From Rebecca billardiae RCC1528 (taxonomy: Eukaryota; Protista; Haptophyta), in the NCBI GenBank assembly GCA_965240325.2, contig OZ251226.1, positions 3,410,001-3,474,000 of the forward strand: a stretch of 64,000 nt of DNA. Reading direction: 5' to 3'. The translations under genes were made by a program, and so were the position numbers. Numbering within the stretch: position 1 is the first letter of the stretch; each line of letters opens with the position of its first letter. Positions 24,202-35,204 of this stretch are shown piece after piece. The notes beneath the pieces were generated by a model. The model worked only from the letters and a program-made list of their open reading frames with translations. It did not search any database and had not been told where the DNA came from.

Positions 24202-24732
24202 CGGCGCCGGGGCTGCGCCATGCCGAAGTGATGCCGTCGATCCGCCGTGCGCACTGACGAGGCCCGCCCGCCGCCTCGGCGCCACGCGGCCCAGCGGTAC
24301 CTTACCCGTTACCGGCGGTGCCGGTCGCGTAACAGTACGTGTACGAGTTCGTGACATCGGACGATGCGCACGACGAATAATCATATACTACGACCAGGCA
24401 CTGTATATATATATATATGCATGTATAGTCCGACTGCTGTGCCGGCCAGTCACTGTCAGGCAGGCCGCAGTGCGTCCCGGGGACGGTCCGGGCTGGCAGC
24501 TACCCGAGGCCTGGCAGGGCCGGGCGGCCGGCGGCGCCGACTCGCGGACTACCGTCACGTCGTGCCGAGAGGCATCGTCACTGACCCCGGTCAGCAGCAC
24601 GGCCCGTGATGCGCCTGTCAGTGCTCCGCGCCGGCAGCCATCGTCCGAGCTGCCCAGCCGACGGGGCCGAGCAGCGAAGCCCCACAGGTGCTCGCTGTCG
24701 CTCCGGCGCGCCTGAGCCACAGAGTGGCGCCC

Positions 24733-25224
24733 TCACTCCTCGACCACCGCCACGCCCGCCTCCTTGAGGGCGGCGCTGAGCTCGCCGCTCTGGTACATCT
24801 CGAGCAGCGTGTCCGACCCGCCCTGAAACTCGCCACCGATGTAGACCTGCGGGATCGTGGGCCAGCTCGAGTACTTCTTGATGCCTTCGCGCAGCTCGGG
24901 GTCAGCGAGCACGTTGTAGCTCTTGATGTCCTGCACGCCCTCGGCGCGGAGGATCTGCACGACGCGCCCGCTGAAGCCGCACTGCGGCATGTCGGGTACG
25001 CCCTTCATGAACACGACGAGAGGCGCCTCCTCGACGTACCCGCGGATACGCTGCTCCACGTCCCCGGCCGACTCGGTCGGCGGTGGCTTGCGCTGCGGCT
25101 TGAAGTCGTCGTGCGAGTCGTCCGCCGCGAGCCAGCGGCGCGCGTGCACGTTTGCGAGCGGCGCGGCCGAGGCGACGCGCGGGCCAAGGCGCGAGGCCGC
25201 ATGCACAGCGCGCGCGAGCAGCAT
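24733..25224 (-). CDS. GRX5: Monothiol CGFS glutaredoxin, mitochondrial Grx5-like
   Basis: [34 protein letters not shown]; Arg-rich presequence [13 protein letters not shown]. Confidence 0.95.
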   Translation of the reverse strand: MLLARAVHAASRLGPRVASAAPLANVHARRWLAADDSHDDFKPQRKPPPTESAGDVEQRIRGYVEEAPLVVFMKGVPDMPQCGFSGRVVQILRAEGVQDIKSYNVLADPELREGIKKYSSWPTIPQVYIGGEFQGGSDTLLEMYQSGELSAALKEAGVAVVEE

Positions 25225-27720
25225 GCTGGTACCAGAAGCCTGCTGGGACGGTCGCGTGCACGGAGCAGGCGCACGGTTGCGGTCGCGAAGTGGCGGTGTG
25301 CACTGCCCGCGCCGCGGCACTGACCCAGCTCGGCGCGCACGGTGCCGTGTCCGGATTGAGTTGAGTTGATCAAGAGTGGAGACCCACACTCCCACAGCGA
25401 TGGCGACCGTGCGGCCCCGCTTTGCACACCTGGCTTGTGCTCCTTCAAGGGGTAGAACTTGTCGATCGGCGCGTGCGCACTTGAACCCGAGCAGGAGGTC
25501 ATGATCGCGACCGCCGTGAGCTGGGCGCCCGCAGCGTACCGCGCCAGGCATAGATAGCCGAATCGCAGAGGCGCATCCAGCCGGCCACTTCCTGCGGGAC
25601 GTGTGCTCGCATGTGGCGCGGCACGTACCGAGTCGACGGTAATGGTGAATACAATCGGGCGAGCTGCTGGCGAGCAATGAGAGGAGCGGCGTCGCCGACT
25701 CCGTCTGGTGACTCCACCTCGCTGCGTCATGGGCTCAACAAGCCTCACGTGACCGCCCCTGCCGCGACCTTAGGGCAGCTGGACATGCATGAAGTGTGTG
25801 TGGCAGCTGCGCACCCAGGCCCCCACGGACATCCAGTCAGCAGCCTGAATCGGGTATGGTACGCACTCTAAAGCGTACCTCGCAGCCATCTGAAGGGCAG
25901 GGCGCTCTTCTCACAGCTGCCGAGCAGGTGCCTGTTGTCATGTTGTGAGGTCACTCCCTCGATTAGTCCCCGCTCATCTGCGAGCATCTTTCAAGCTGCA
26001 CCAATACGGCCGCAGCGTCAAAGCAGTTCAACGCCTGACCACATGGGCTCGATGCGAGCGCTCGCCGCAGACAACAGTGCCTATCAGTACCTGGTACGCA
26101 GATAACTGCGCGCTGATTCAGGTAAGCTCGTATCATACGTACGAGTGACTCTGATGAACTGATTGTAACGAGTGACGTAGCATACGTACTGTATTGCTGC
26201 TGAACAGCCGCACCCTCCACAGCACTGTGCCGTGTGCGCACATGAGTGGTGCAGGTGGTCACTGATGCAAGAATGACGAGTTCACTCGGCATTTTTGCCG
26301 CTATATGGCCACTACTGCCTCTATACAGTAGCGCAGTTATAGTCGTACTCCATTGTAGTAGCCCTCTGTCGTCAACACTCAACAGCGCCAGCGGGCGGCT
26401 GCACTCGTACTCAGTGTCCCACACTCCCTGTTCAAGGCCGCCCAAGCACTTCGTCCAGCCGGCGCCGAGCGCAGGCCGCAGCGGCGGCTAGAGGGTGCCA
26501 ACTCACGTCCAGGGGGACCTGCTGCCTACTTCAGCTTGGTGGTACTGTCGTCATCAGTGTTTTTGTTCGATGATGGTGCCAACCCTGACTCTACAGCTAT
26601 GGACTGATGGTGGCGGAGCAGCCCCCTCAGCTGCCTCTTCGGTAGCAGCTGTCTCGACGATCGACGTGCAACTGCAAGTTTTAAAGGTGCTGGCGAGTGC
26701 GGACAGACTGGCAGCCCTGAGTGAGGAGCCCCACAGTAGGGCACCGCCTGTACGAGGGCGGGATTGTGATGCACTCATCAGTCATCTAGTCGTGGCCCGA
26801 CGCCGACCGGCAGCGACGATGTGTGAACTCGGTGACTTGCCTGCGCTGGCCCGGACAAGCGTCAAGACATGCTGAGTAACTAGTACCGGTGCGGCTGACC
26901 TTCATCGACAGTCGACAGCGAGCACTCGCTGCGTAGGGCGAGCAGACTGCGGAAGAGTGTACCTCTGAAAGGCCACCCAGATGGCAGCAGAGCGGCACGC
27001 CGTGCGCGTTCCAGCCTGACATCGCCGCAACGTCATCATTTTGAGGCCGAGGTTGGGGCCGCCGGGCCGCCGGTTCGGGACTGCTTGGTTGAAAGTGGTG
27101 CGGACCCAGAAGAACGCGGCATCTTTCAGAAACTTCTGTCGGCGAGGCAACAGCCTGAAAAAACCCCACTGCAGATGGCTCAATCTCCTCCGGACCCACT
27201 GTCTTTACCGCGGTAATTGATATCTCCTCATATCTCGAGCGTTATGAGGGTGAAGGCTCGCGGCGCGTTGGCCCAGAATCTTCGTTTGGTGCACCTATTG
27301 TCACTCACTGATTGAAAAGGGATTGATATTGGTACGCCATTTTTGAGCCCGACGTATGGCAGTCGGCTAGGGAATCAAGGTCATGCAATCCATACTGAGG
27401 CATACTGAGGCACTGATTGAAACCGAGCTTAACCTCAAACATTTTATATGACTTGATACGGCACAATGGCGCAGCTGGGTACACCTGAATAGGTGCGACA
27501 CGTAAAACCAGCGGTTGGCTAACCATAGTTTACGATTCGCCCGGGAGAATCGCATGGTTCGCCTTGATCTCCCCACACTCGAACTCCTTTGATACATACA
27601 CGCGGCGGCATCTGGTCGCGGGGCGAGTTTGCAGGCACAACTCCGGACGATGCTCCTCAGCTACTCACCCCGCCCGTGGACTCCGCGTCTCGACCGTGAC
27701 ACCGGCTGAACGGCGTCGCG

Positions 27721-28794
27721 ATGGACGAGCCCGACGACGAGGACGACGGAGCGTCCAGTCTGCGTGCGCGATGGCAGCCTTCACTCGAAGAGATGATCAC
27801 GCTCGAGGCGGTTTTCACCGAGTGCAACACGCCCTCGCGCGTCACGATCGGCGTGCTCGCCAACACGTTTGAGGTGCCCGCACACAAAGTGTACGTGTGG
27901 TTCCAGAACCGGCGGCGGCGCGTGCGCAAGTCGAAAGGGGCGACGGCATTAGCGAAGACGACGCTTCATGGCGAGAGCGCCTCGGCGCTGCATCAGCGCA
28001 TCGTCCAATCCCATGCCGACCTCTCGCGGTCGACAGCCCAGCGGCTCGCTGACCGACTGTGCGCTCCGCCCGCACCCGCGCACACCGCGGCGGGAGGGGC
28101 TGTGGGTGCGTGGACTCCGCCCGCCGTGTGGCGGAATGCGCCAAGTGACCCGTCCGCCCAGGCGGCGCTGCATGGAGCGACTGCCCTCGCGCTCTCGGGG
28201 CCCCGCGCACACCCACAACCACCATGCGCCATCCAGCCGCTGCCGAGTTTCGCGCACGGCGTGCTGTCACCGCCACTACCCGCGCAGGTGACGGCGGGAT
28301 TGTACGTGGGTGCGCAGGCGCCCGCGTACGTGCAGCTACATGCGCGTCTTGGTCCACCCGCACATGGGATGCCGCATGGAGCGGCTGCCCATCTGGGGCT
28401 TCTCCGCGGCGCACAGCAGCCACACCACCCACCACTGCAAGCGGCGCACGCCGCCATTGACCCGTTCGCGCTGCCGAGTATCGCGCACCAATGGCGCTTA
28501 CCTGACGTGCCGGCACTTGCGCAGGGGGCGCCGGGGTCGCAGGTGAGCCCGTGGACGCCGCTCGCTCCACAAGCGCAGCTCCACGCCGACGCGCTCGCGC
28601 AGCAGCTCGGCACGGCCGGCGCGGCAGCGCAGATGATGATGCAGGGACCCGCACCGCTGCCGCAGGAGGCCAGCGCCGCCGACCGAATGCAGGCATTGGA
28701 ACAGATCGACCGTATGGTGTCACTCTTGCACGCGGAAACGCAACGAAGTCGACCCGAGGAGAACCCGCAGTTCCCGTGGCGACGACTCCCATGA
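27721..28794 (+). CDS. Homeodomain transcription factor with WOX-like signature
   Basis: RARWQPS..LEAVF..TPS..VYVWFQNRRRRVRK; Pro/Gln/Ala-rich C-terminal region. Confidence 0.88.
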   Translation: MDEPDDEDDGASSLRARWQPSLEEMITLEAVFTECNTPSRVTIGVLANTFEVPAHKVYVWFQNRRRRVRKSKGATALAKTTLHGESASALHQRIVQSHADLSRSTAQRLADRLCAPPAPAHTAAGGAVGAWTPPAVWRNAPSDPSAQAALHGATALALSGPRAHPQPPCAIQPLPSFAHGVLSPPLPAQVTAGLYVGAQAPAYVQLHARLGPPAHGMPHGAAAHLGLLRGAQQPHHPPLQAAHAAIDPFALPSIAHQWRLPDVPALAQGAPGSQVSPWTPLAPQAQLHADALAQQLGTAGAAAQMMMQGPAPLPQEASAADRMQALEQIDRMVSLLHAETQRSRPEENPQFPWRRLP

Positions 28795-29003
28795 CGCGGC
28801 GACGACGACATCATCGGACTGTCGTACTAGTATTTCGCGACCAGATGATTCCGTTGCGGGCAAACGCGGCAACATGGCGGCCACTGGCCCTGTGACGCTA
28901 GATTGTGTCAGAAAAGATCGCGCCTGGTAGCCACCGTGGTTCGCCGCCTCGATACGAGACGATATATGGTATTCACCGAGCTCAGTCATTACTACAGGCG
29001 CGC

Positions 29004-29566
29004 GGCAATCGCGGGCAATTAAAGAAGTCAGAGACAATCATCAGAGATCTCACGGCTAGTCTCGGTTTCTTAGCCGTTCGGTAGCCCGACCGCCTACGGA
29101 GTCTCAGTTTCTTAGCTAGGTCCGCCCGCCGCGCAGGCGCGGGGGGCGCAGCGGGGCTGAGCCGGCCCCGCTCGGAGTCTTTAGGCCCGGCCGGCGAGGC
29201 CGAAGAAAATAAAATTATTGGGCCTGATGACATTTTGGAGCAAATTGCTGGCGGCACTCGGTGATGTTGCATGGATGCTGCGCGCACTGGCCAGGAGTCA
29301 GTCATCAGGAGAAGTCGGGAATCCTTGGCCTGTACTCGTAGTCGGGCCGCGCGCCGCCGGTCCCAAGGGCACTGCGCCTCGGCGGACCACTCGTCACTCC
29401 GCGACCGCGGACATAGACATATAGTCCCGGTTTCTTAGTGAGTGACTATGCGTATATCTAGCCTGCTAGCGAACCAGCCAATCGCTAGTCTCAGTTTCTA
29501 GGCCAGATCCGCAGATAGCAAGCCCCAGTTTCTTCACGTGACAGCTCCTTATTGCCCGCGATTGCC
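29004..29566. mobile_element. Putative non-autonomous DNA transposon remnant
   Basis: 16-bp perfect inverted repeat GGCAATCGCGGGCAAT at 29004 and 29551-29566; internal reiterated AGTCYCRGTTTCTTAG-like motifs; no clear TSD. Confidence 0.5.
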
Positions 29567-29789
29567 TGCTCGGTATACTCATCATAGTCGTATATATATA
29601 TATGCATATGTCGTACATACAGTTCTGTTACACTCAACTCACGTGGACCCCCTAACAAGGGGCGCGGACCTACGGCCCGCCATATGGGGGTAGTGACTAG
29701 CTATGGGGGGGGCGGGGTATTGTGAGCGAAGCGATTTTCATTTCGTCGATGATCGATCTTTGCGACTTGCGCGGCGAGTATTTTCTTTA

Positions 29790-29790
<1 letters not shown>

Positions 29791-29846
<56 letters not shown>
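29791..29846. repeat. (ATT)n microsatellite
   Basis: Directly visible. Confidence 0.95.
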
Positions 29847-29848
<2 letters not shown>

Positions 29849-29945
29849 TGCTTTTCGTTTATATTATATTATTATTCCTTTTTCGTTTATTATTCTTTTT
29901 GCGGTTTATTCAGTTGCCGCGGGCAGTACGACAGCGGGCGTCCGA

Positions 29946-29982
29946 ATCTCGCCTGCCTGAGCTGTGTGCGTCTCTTATTCTT
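29946..29982. repeat. Copy of the dispersed ~40-bp repeat
   Basis: ATCTCGCCTGCCTGAGCTGTGTGCGTCTCTTATTCTT, exact match. Confidence 0.92.
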
Positions 29983-30367
29983 TAAAATATTAATAATAAG
30001 AAATTCTTACTCTTAGATTCTGAACTCGGTGTCGGAGAGTACCGTCGGAGTCGGAGGGCGGACCTACGGCCCGCCATATGATATGTATATAGAATGGCGG
30101 GCACGACCTGGAGGCTAGAGTCCAAGATCTCGTCGTCGTCACCGCCAGCTCCTCCGCCTCCGCCTCCTATTCCTAGTTACTGCTACGCGCCCGACGCCCC
30201 GAGGCCCGACGGCACGTCGCCGCGAAGACGACAGCCGTGCGCGCAGGAAATTGAGGAAATAGGACTACGGCGCAGCGCAGGATGGCGTTGGCTCGGGTGC
30301 GCCCCGTCCGCCCGCCGCGTCAGTCCTGCTCCTGCTCCTTCAGTCCGGCTCTTTCGGTCCGGCTCCT

Positions 30368-32832
30368 TCAGTCCTGCTTCTTCATGTACTCGTCGAGGGT
30401 GAAGCGGCCGCCGCCGTGCTCCTGCAGCAGCAGCAGACCGCCCGCCACCGCAGCGTTGGTCACGAAGTGCTCGCGCATGTGCGCGAGCACGCGCAGCTCC
30501 TGCCGCCAGTTGGCGACGCGCACGAGCGAGCCCGAGGACTGCCAGAACGTCCACACGAGCGCAGACTCGAGCAGCAGCGTGCACGCGAGCACCTGCACGG
30601 CGCGCGGGAGGCGGAGCGCGCGGCCGGATGGCGGTGAGCACGCGCGTGAGCGCGTGCTGGCCGGAGCGCGGCGCGGCCGTGTGGCGCCGTGCTGCCGCGC
30701 TGCGCGCTGGCACGGTGCTGCGGGGTGGTGCGGCGCGCGGCCCCCACCTTGCACACGCCGCGCGTGCGGAAGCCGAGGATGAAGGGCAGCACGAAGACCA
30801 GCTCGATCACCTTGGGCCAGAGCGTGTCGTGCGCGTCGCCGTGCACGTACGGCGTGCGGCCGGAGAGGATGCGCCCGACCTCCTGCACGCCCACGTACAT
30901 GAAGAGGCACGCGACGAGCAGCTGCAAAGCGGCGGGGGCGCGCGCGGCGGCGCGCGGCGGCGCCGCTCAGCGGGGCGGCGGGCGCGGCGGGCGCGCGCCC
31001 CGCGCCGAGCCGTGCCGCGGCCGCGGCGGCGCGCGCGCCTCGCGGTCGCTGTCTCGCGCGCGCGCGCGTCTCGCGCGCGCACCCTCGCGAGCAGCAGCAG
31101 CAGCGAGAGCGCCGCCGAGTCGGCCGCGCGCGCCCCGTCGGGCATGAGCACCCCGGAGAGCGCGCGCGCCTTGTTCCGCTCGGTGCGCGGCTCCGGCGCG
31201 CTCGCGATCATGAGGAGCGTGCAGCCGAGCATGGAGAGCTTCTTGATCATCAGCTCGTTCACGTAAAAGACGCGCGCGTGCAGCCAGACGATGGCGATGC
31301 GGTAGCCGACGTGCAGCACGTCCTTGACGACGTCCACGCCGAGCGCCACGCCGCACGCGCGCGTCTGCGTGCCGAGCACCAGCCCCGTCACCACGGCGGG
31401 CAGGCAGAGCTGCAGCGCGTCGAAGAGGTCGGAGATGCTCCACGCGGCCGCGTGCGCGGGCGCGTACGGACTCGCCTCCCAGCCCACCTCCTCCACGTAC
31501 GCCACGGCCTCGTTGGTGTAGTACATGCCCACCAGCGCGCGCGCGATCACGTCGACGCCCGGCCCGCCCAGCCGCACGTACGCCACGCCCACGCGCTGCA
31601 GCGCGTCGGCCAGCCTGCGCGCGAACGGCGGCAGCGGCCAGCTGGAGCCGAGCGAGGGCGGCGAGAAGGCGACGCGCGAGCCCGCCTTGCCCGAGGCGCG
31701 CTCGCGCCGCGCGGAGAGCACGATCAGCACGAGCGTGAAGCTGAGCGGCAGCGTGCGGAACAGCAGCGAGTGCGTCAGGCCCGCGGAGGAGGCGGCGGAG
31801 CGCGCGCGCGCGGCGCGCGCGGCCGCGCGCGCGGCCGCGGCGGCGCGCGCGGCGCTCGGCGCCTCGGCCGCCTCCTCCGCGGCGCTGCCCGCGTCCTCGT
31901 CCTGCAGGTCGTCCTCCTCCGCCTCCTCCTCGGCCTCGTCGTCGCCCGCGCCGGCACGCGCGCCCTCCTCCTCCACCGCCACGCGCCGCCGCCCCTCCCT
32001 CCGCCGCTGCCGGTCCTCCTCCCGCCGCTGCTGCCGCTCCGCGCGCCGCCTCGCGCGCCCGTCCGCATACGTGTCCCCGCCGATGCCGCCGTCGTACAGC
32101 TCGGGCTCGGGCTCGTCCGCGTCCGCGTCGGGGGGCGGCGTGGGCTCGGACGCGGGTGCCTCCGCCGCAGCCGACGACGACGACGACGACTCGTCGTCGC
32201 GCGCGCGCTCGGCGCCATCGGCGCTGCCGGCCGCGGCGGCCGCGGCGGCCGCGGCGGCCGCGGCGCTCTCGCCGCCGCTCTCGCCGCCGCCCGCGGCGCG
32301 CGAGGGGCGCGGCACGCCCGGGATCTCGCGCGGCGGCGGGGTCTCGCGCGGCGGCGCGTCGTCGGCGGGCTTGGCGCGCAGCGCCTCGGGCACCGCGTCC
32401 CCCGTGATCCTCGCCGCGCACGACGCGTTGCACGCCGTCGACATGAAGAGCGTGTTCTTCTCACACTCGCCGAGCTGCGCCCAGTTCTGGCACGCCGTGG
32501 ACGTGTCGACGAGGTTGCGGGTGCACTGCGCGCGGCACGAGGCGAGCATGAACTTGGCGTTCTTCAGGCACTCGCCCTGCAGCGCCCACGCCTCGCACTG
32601 CCGCGCGTGCTGCAGCTCGGGCGACTCGTCCGCCTGCGCGCGAGCAGCGCGGCGGCGGCGCGAGCGGCGCACGCGCGCGCGCGCGAGCGCGTGAGCAGCC
32701 CGCGGCGGCGCGCGGAGCAAGCGCGCGGCGGCGGGCGGCGCGCATGCACTGCCGCGCGCGCGCGCGCACCGCGAGCAGGCGCGCGAGCGCCACGAGCACG
32801 ATGGGCGCAGCCGCGCGGGTGCGCTGCGCCAT
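30368..32832 (-). CDS. Signal peptide + 2 ShKT domains + acidic linker + SURF4/Erv29-like multi-pass domain; introns 32634-32769, 30922-31082, 30593-30747
   Basis: MAQRTRAAAPIVLVALARLLA|ADES; two CxxWAxxGECxKNxxFMxxxCxxxC repeats; KKLSMLGCTLLMIA, LLAR|LLVACLF, ILGFRTR, NAAVAGGLLLL..GGGRFTLDEYMKKQD (KKxx end); all splices keep frame. Confidence 0.85.
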
Positions 32833-33055
32833 GCCCGTGCGTTGAGGGCGACGCATCCGCGCTGCTGATGCTCACTGGTGAGCAAGCGCTGTGCCACCGC
32901 TCCCGACGGGCTGGCCACTGACGAAGCCGGACTGCTGCTCCGCCAGTGGCAGCAAAAGCGTCGATCCACCCGCCGCCGTTTCATTTGTGCGCACAAATCC
33001 GCAGCACTGGCGATGGCGGCGGCCTGCCTCCGCGCAGCGCAGTGAAGGCCCCCGG

Positions 33056-34011
33056 ATGGCCACGCTCTCGCCGCCGTTGCGCTCGCCGCGCGGGGCGCCG
33101 AGCCCGCTCGTGCTTCCCTCGCCGTCGCTCACGCCGCGAGCCCTCCTCACCACCGACGCCGCGCACCTCTCCACCGGCGGGCGCGGGCTGCCGCTGCGGC
33201 GCATCGGCTCGCGCCCCTCGTCGCGCCGCTCGTCCATCGGCTCGGGGGGCTCGCGCAAGTCGTCGGCGCACTCGCTGCCGCCGGGGACCGATCCCGGCGC
33301 GTACCCGCTCGCCGCCGCCGCCGCCGCCGCGGCGCACGCGCAGCACCACGCCGAGGGCGCGCGCGAGGAGGACGAGGAGCGCTCGGCGTGCTCTGCCCCG
33401 CCCAGCCCGTCCCCGGTGCGCTCCATCTCGCTCAGATTCGGCGCGCGCGCAGCGCCGGACGGCGGCGCGGCGGCGAGGCCGCCGCCGACGCGCGTGCACC
33501 GCGCCGCGTCCTCCGCCGCGCCGCGCCGCCCGCCCGCGCCCCCCGCGTACACGCGCCCGCCGCCCTCGGCGCCGCCGAGCGGTGAGAGCGCGCCGCCGCC
33601 CGCCTCGCGCTGGGGGCCGGTGGGCGCGGGCGGGATGCGCGACTTGATGGGCGCGGCGCACTCGGGCTCGCGCGGCCGGCCGCTCATGCCGGGCGAGATC
33701 CGCGCGGCGCTCGACGCGCTCAACACGCGCCGCCGCGCCGCCGACAAGCCCGCCGACTGGGTGCCCGCGGTCGCGAGCGCCGCTGTCGGCAGCGGCGTGG
33801 CGGCGGCGCGGCGGCGGCGGCGCGCGGCCTCGGCGGCGGCGGCGCGCAGGCCGACGCCGGCGACAGTCGGCCCGTCGGGCTTCCGCGAGCCGTACGCGCG
33901 CGTCGAGCCGCCGCCGCCGAGCCGCGCGCGCGACGAGCGCTCGTTCATGGCGCCCACCGCCGCGTTTGTCAGCTACGTGGCCGATGCAAAGCCGCGCGAC
34001 GCGCACGCGCA

Positions 34012-34056
<45 letters not shown>

Positions 34057-34798
34057 GTGTTGCGGCCTCGGCTCAGCGTGCGCGGCGACCAGCGCGTACG
34101 CGCGGCCAGTTGCGGCGCGCTGGCCGGCGGCGCCGGCGCAGCCGCACGCGGCGCACGACGCGTCCTTTTCGCCGCCGCCGGGCGCGAGCGCCGCCGGCAG
34201 CGCCTCGTGTGCAGGCGGTGGCGGTGGCGGTGGCGGTGGCGGTGGCGGTGGCGGTGGCGGTGGCGCGCTGCTGCTCGGAGGCGCGCGCGGCAGCACGCTG
34301 CGCTTTGAGCCCGCGTGCGCGGCGGCGGCGCGCGCGGCCGACGCGCCAGCCGCGCCGCGCGGCGCCGGCGCGAGCGCGAGCCGCGGTGCCGCGCCGCGCG
34401 CGCGCCAGCGCCCCGCCTCCGCCGCGCCCACCTCGGCGCCGAGCGTGCGGCGCGCCGCGCGCGCGCCCTCGCCGCCGCGGCTCTCGCTCGGCGCGGCCGC
34501 GGACGGCGACGGCCTCGTCCTCTGCCTCAGGGACCGGCAGCGCGCCGTGCGGGCGGAGCACGCGGCGACGCCGGCTGGGAGCGCGGCGCGGCTCGAGCTG
34601 GAGCTGGCGCTGCGGCGCGAGGGGCTGCTCTTCCTGCTGCCGCGCTCCGCCTCCGGCGTACCCGCGCGCCTCGCCACCGCGCTCTCGCAGCAGCCGCCGC
34701 CGCGCGGCGAGCGCCAAGACGCGTGGGCGGCACCGCCATCGCCATCGGCCTCGTCGCCCCCGGGCGGCGGCTCGGCCCTGGCAGCGCCGTCGTTGTGA
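33056..34798 (+). CDS. Hypothetical low-complexity Ala/Pro/Ser-rich protein
   Basis: Long ORF with host-like codon pattern, ATG at 33056, divergent from the SURF4-like gene; no recognisable domain. Confidence 0.55.
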
Positions 34799-34973
34799 TG
34801 ATGAGCGCCCTGATCAGCAGACGCGTACACGGGCGCACGCGCGGCCCGTGGGCGTCAGGGCGTCAGGGCGTGATGCAGACCACGCGGCGAGTCTGAGGAT
34901 TCTGACAAGACAATGATACGACGTACTAGGCGGCCACGGACCGCTGCTCACCGATGAACAACTACTACAACTC

Positions 34974-35024
34974 ACTAAGAATAAGAGACGCATGCACAGC
35001 TTAGGCAGGCGTCTGAGGCGAGAT
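34974..35024. repeat. Degenerate copy of the dispersed ~40-bp repeat
   Basis: ACTAAGAATAAGAGACGCATGCACAGCTTAGGCAGGCGTCTGAGGCGAGAT, with small insertions. Confidence 0.8.
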
Positions 35025-35204
35025 CGACGCCCGCACTGTAACAGTTTACTATGATTTAACGTGCGTACAGTTTCCTAGCCGGCCGGACGGGAAGGTCGCA
35101 CCGGAATCCCCAATCCCTCCGGTCCGGCTGTTCATGACGCACGCCCGCTTGGTGAGTTGGAGAGTCGGACCGCCGCGCGTCTGGGCCGCCCGCGCGAGGG
35201 GCTC

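Noticed and set aside
21956-24715. Programmed frameshift or pseudogene in mnmG (likewise the thioesterase and NH-like genes)
   Set aside because: Frame changes are fully explained by canonical GT-AG introns
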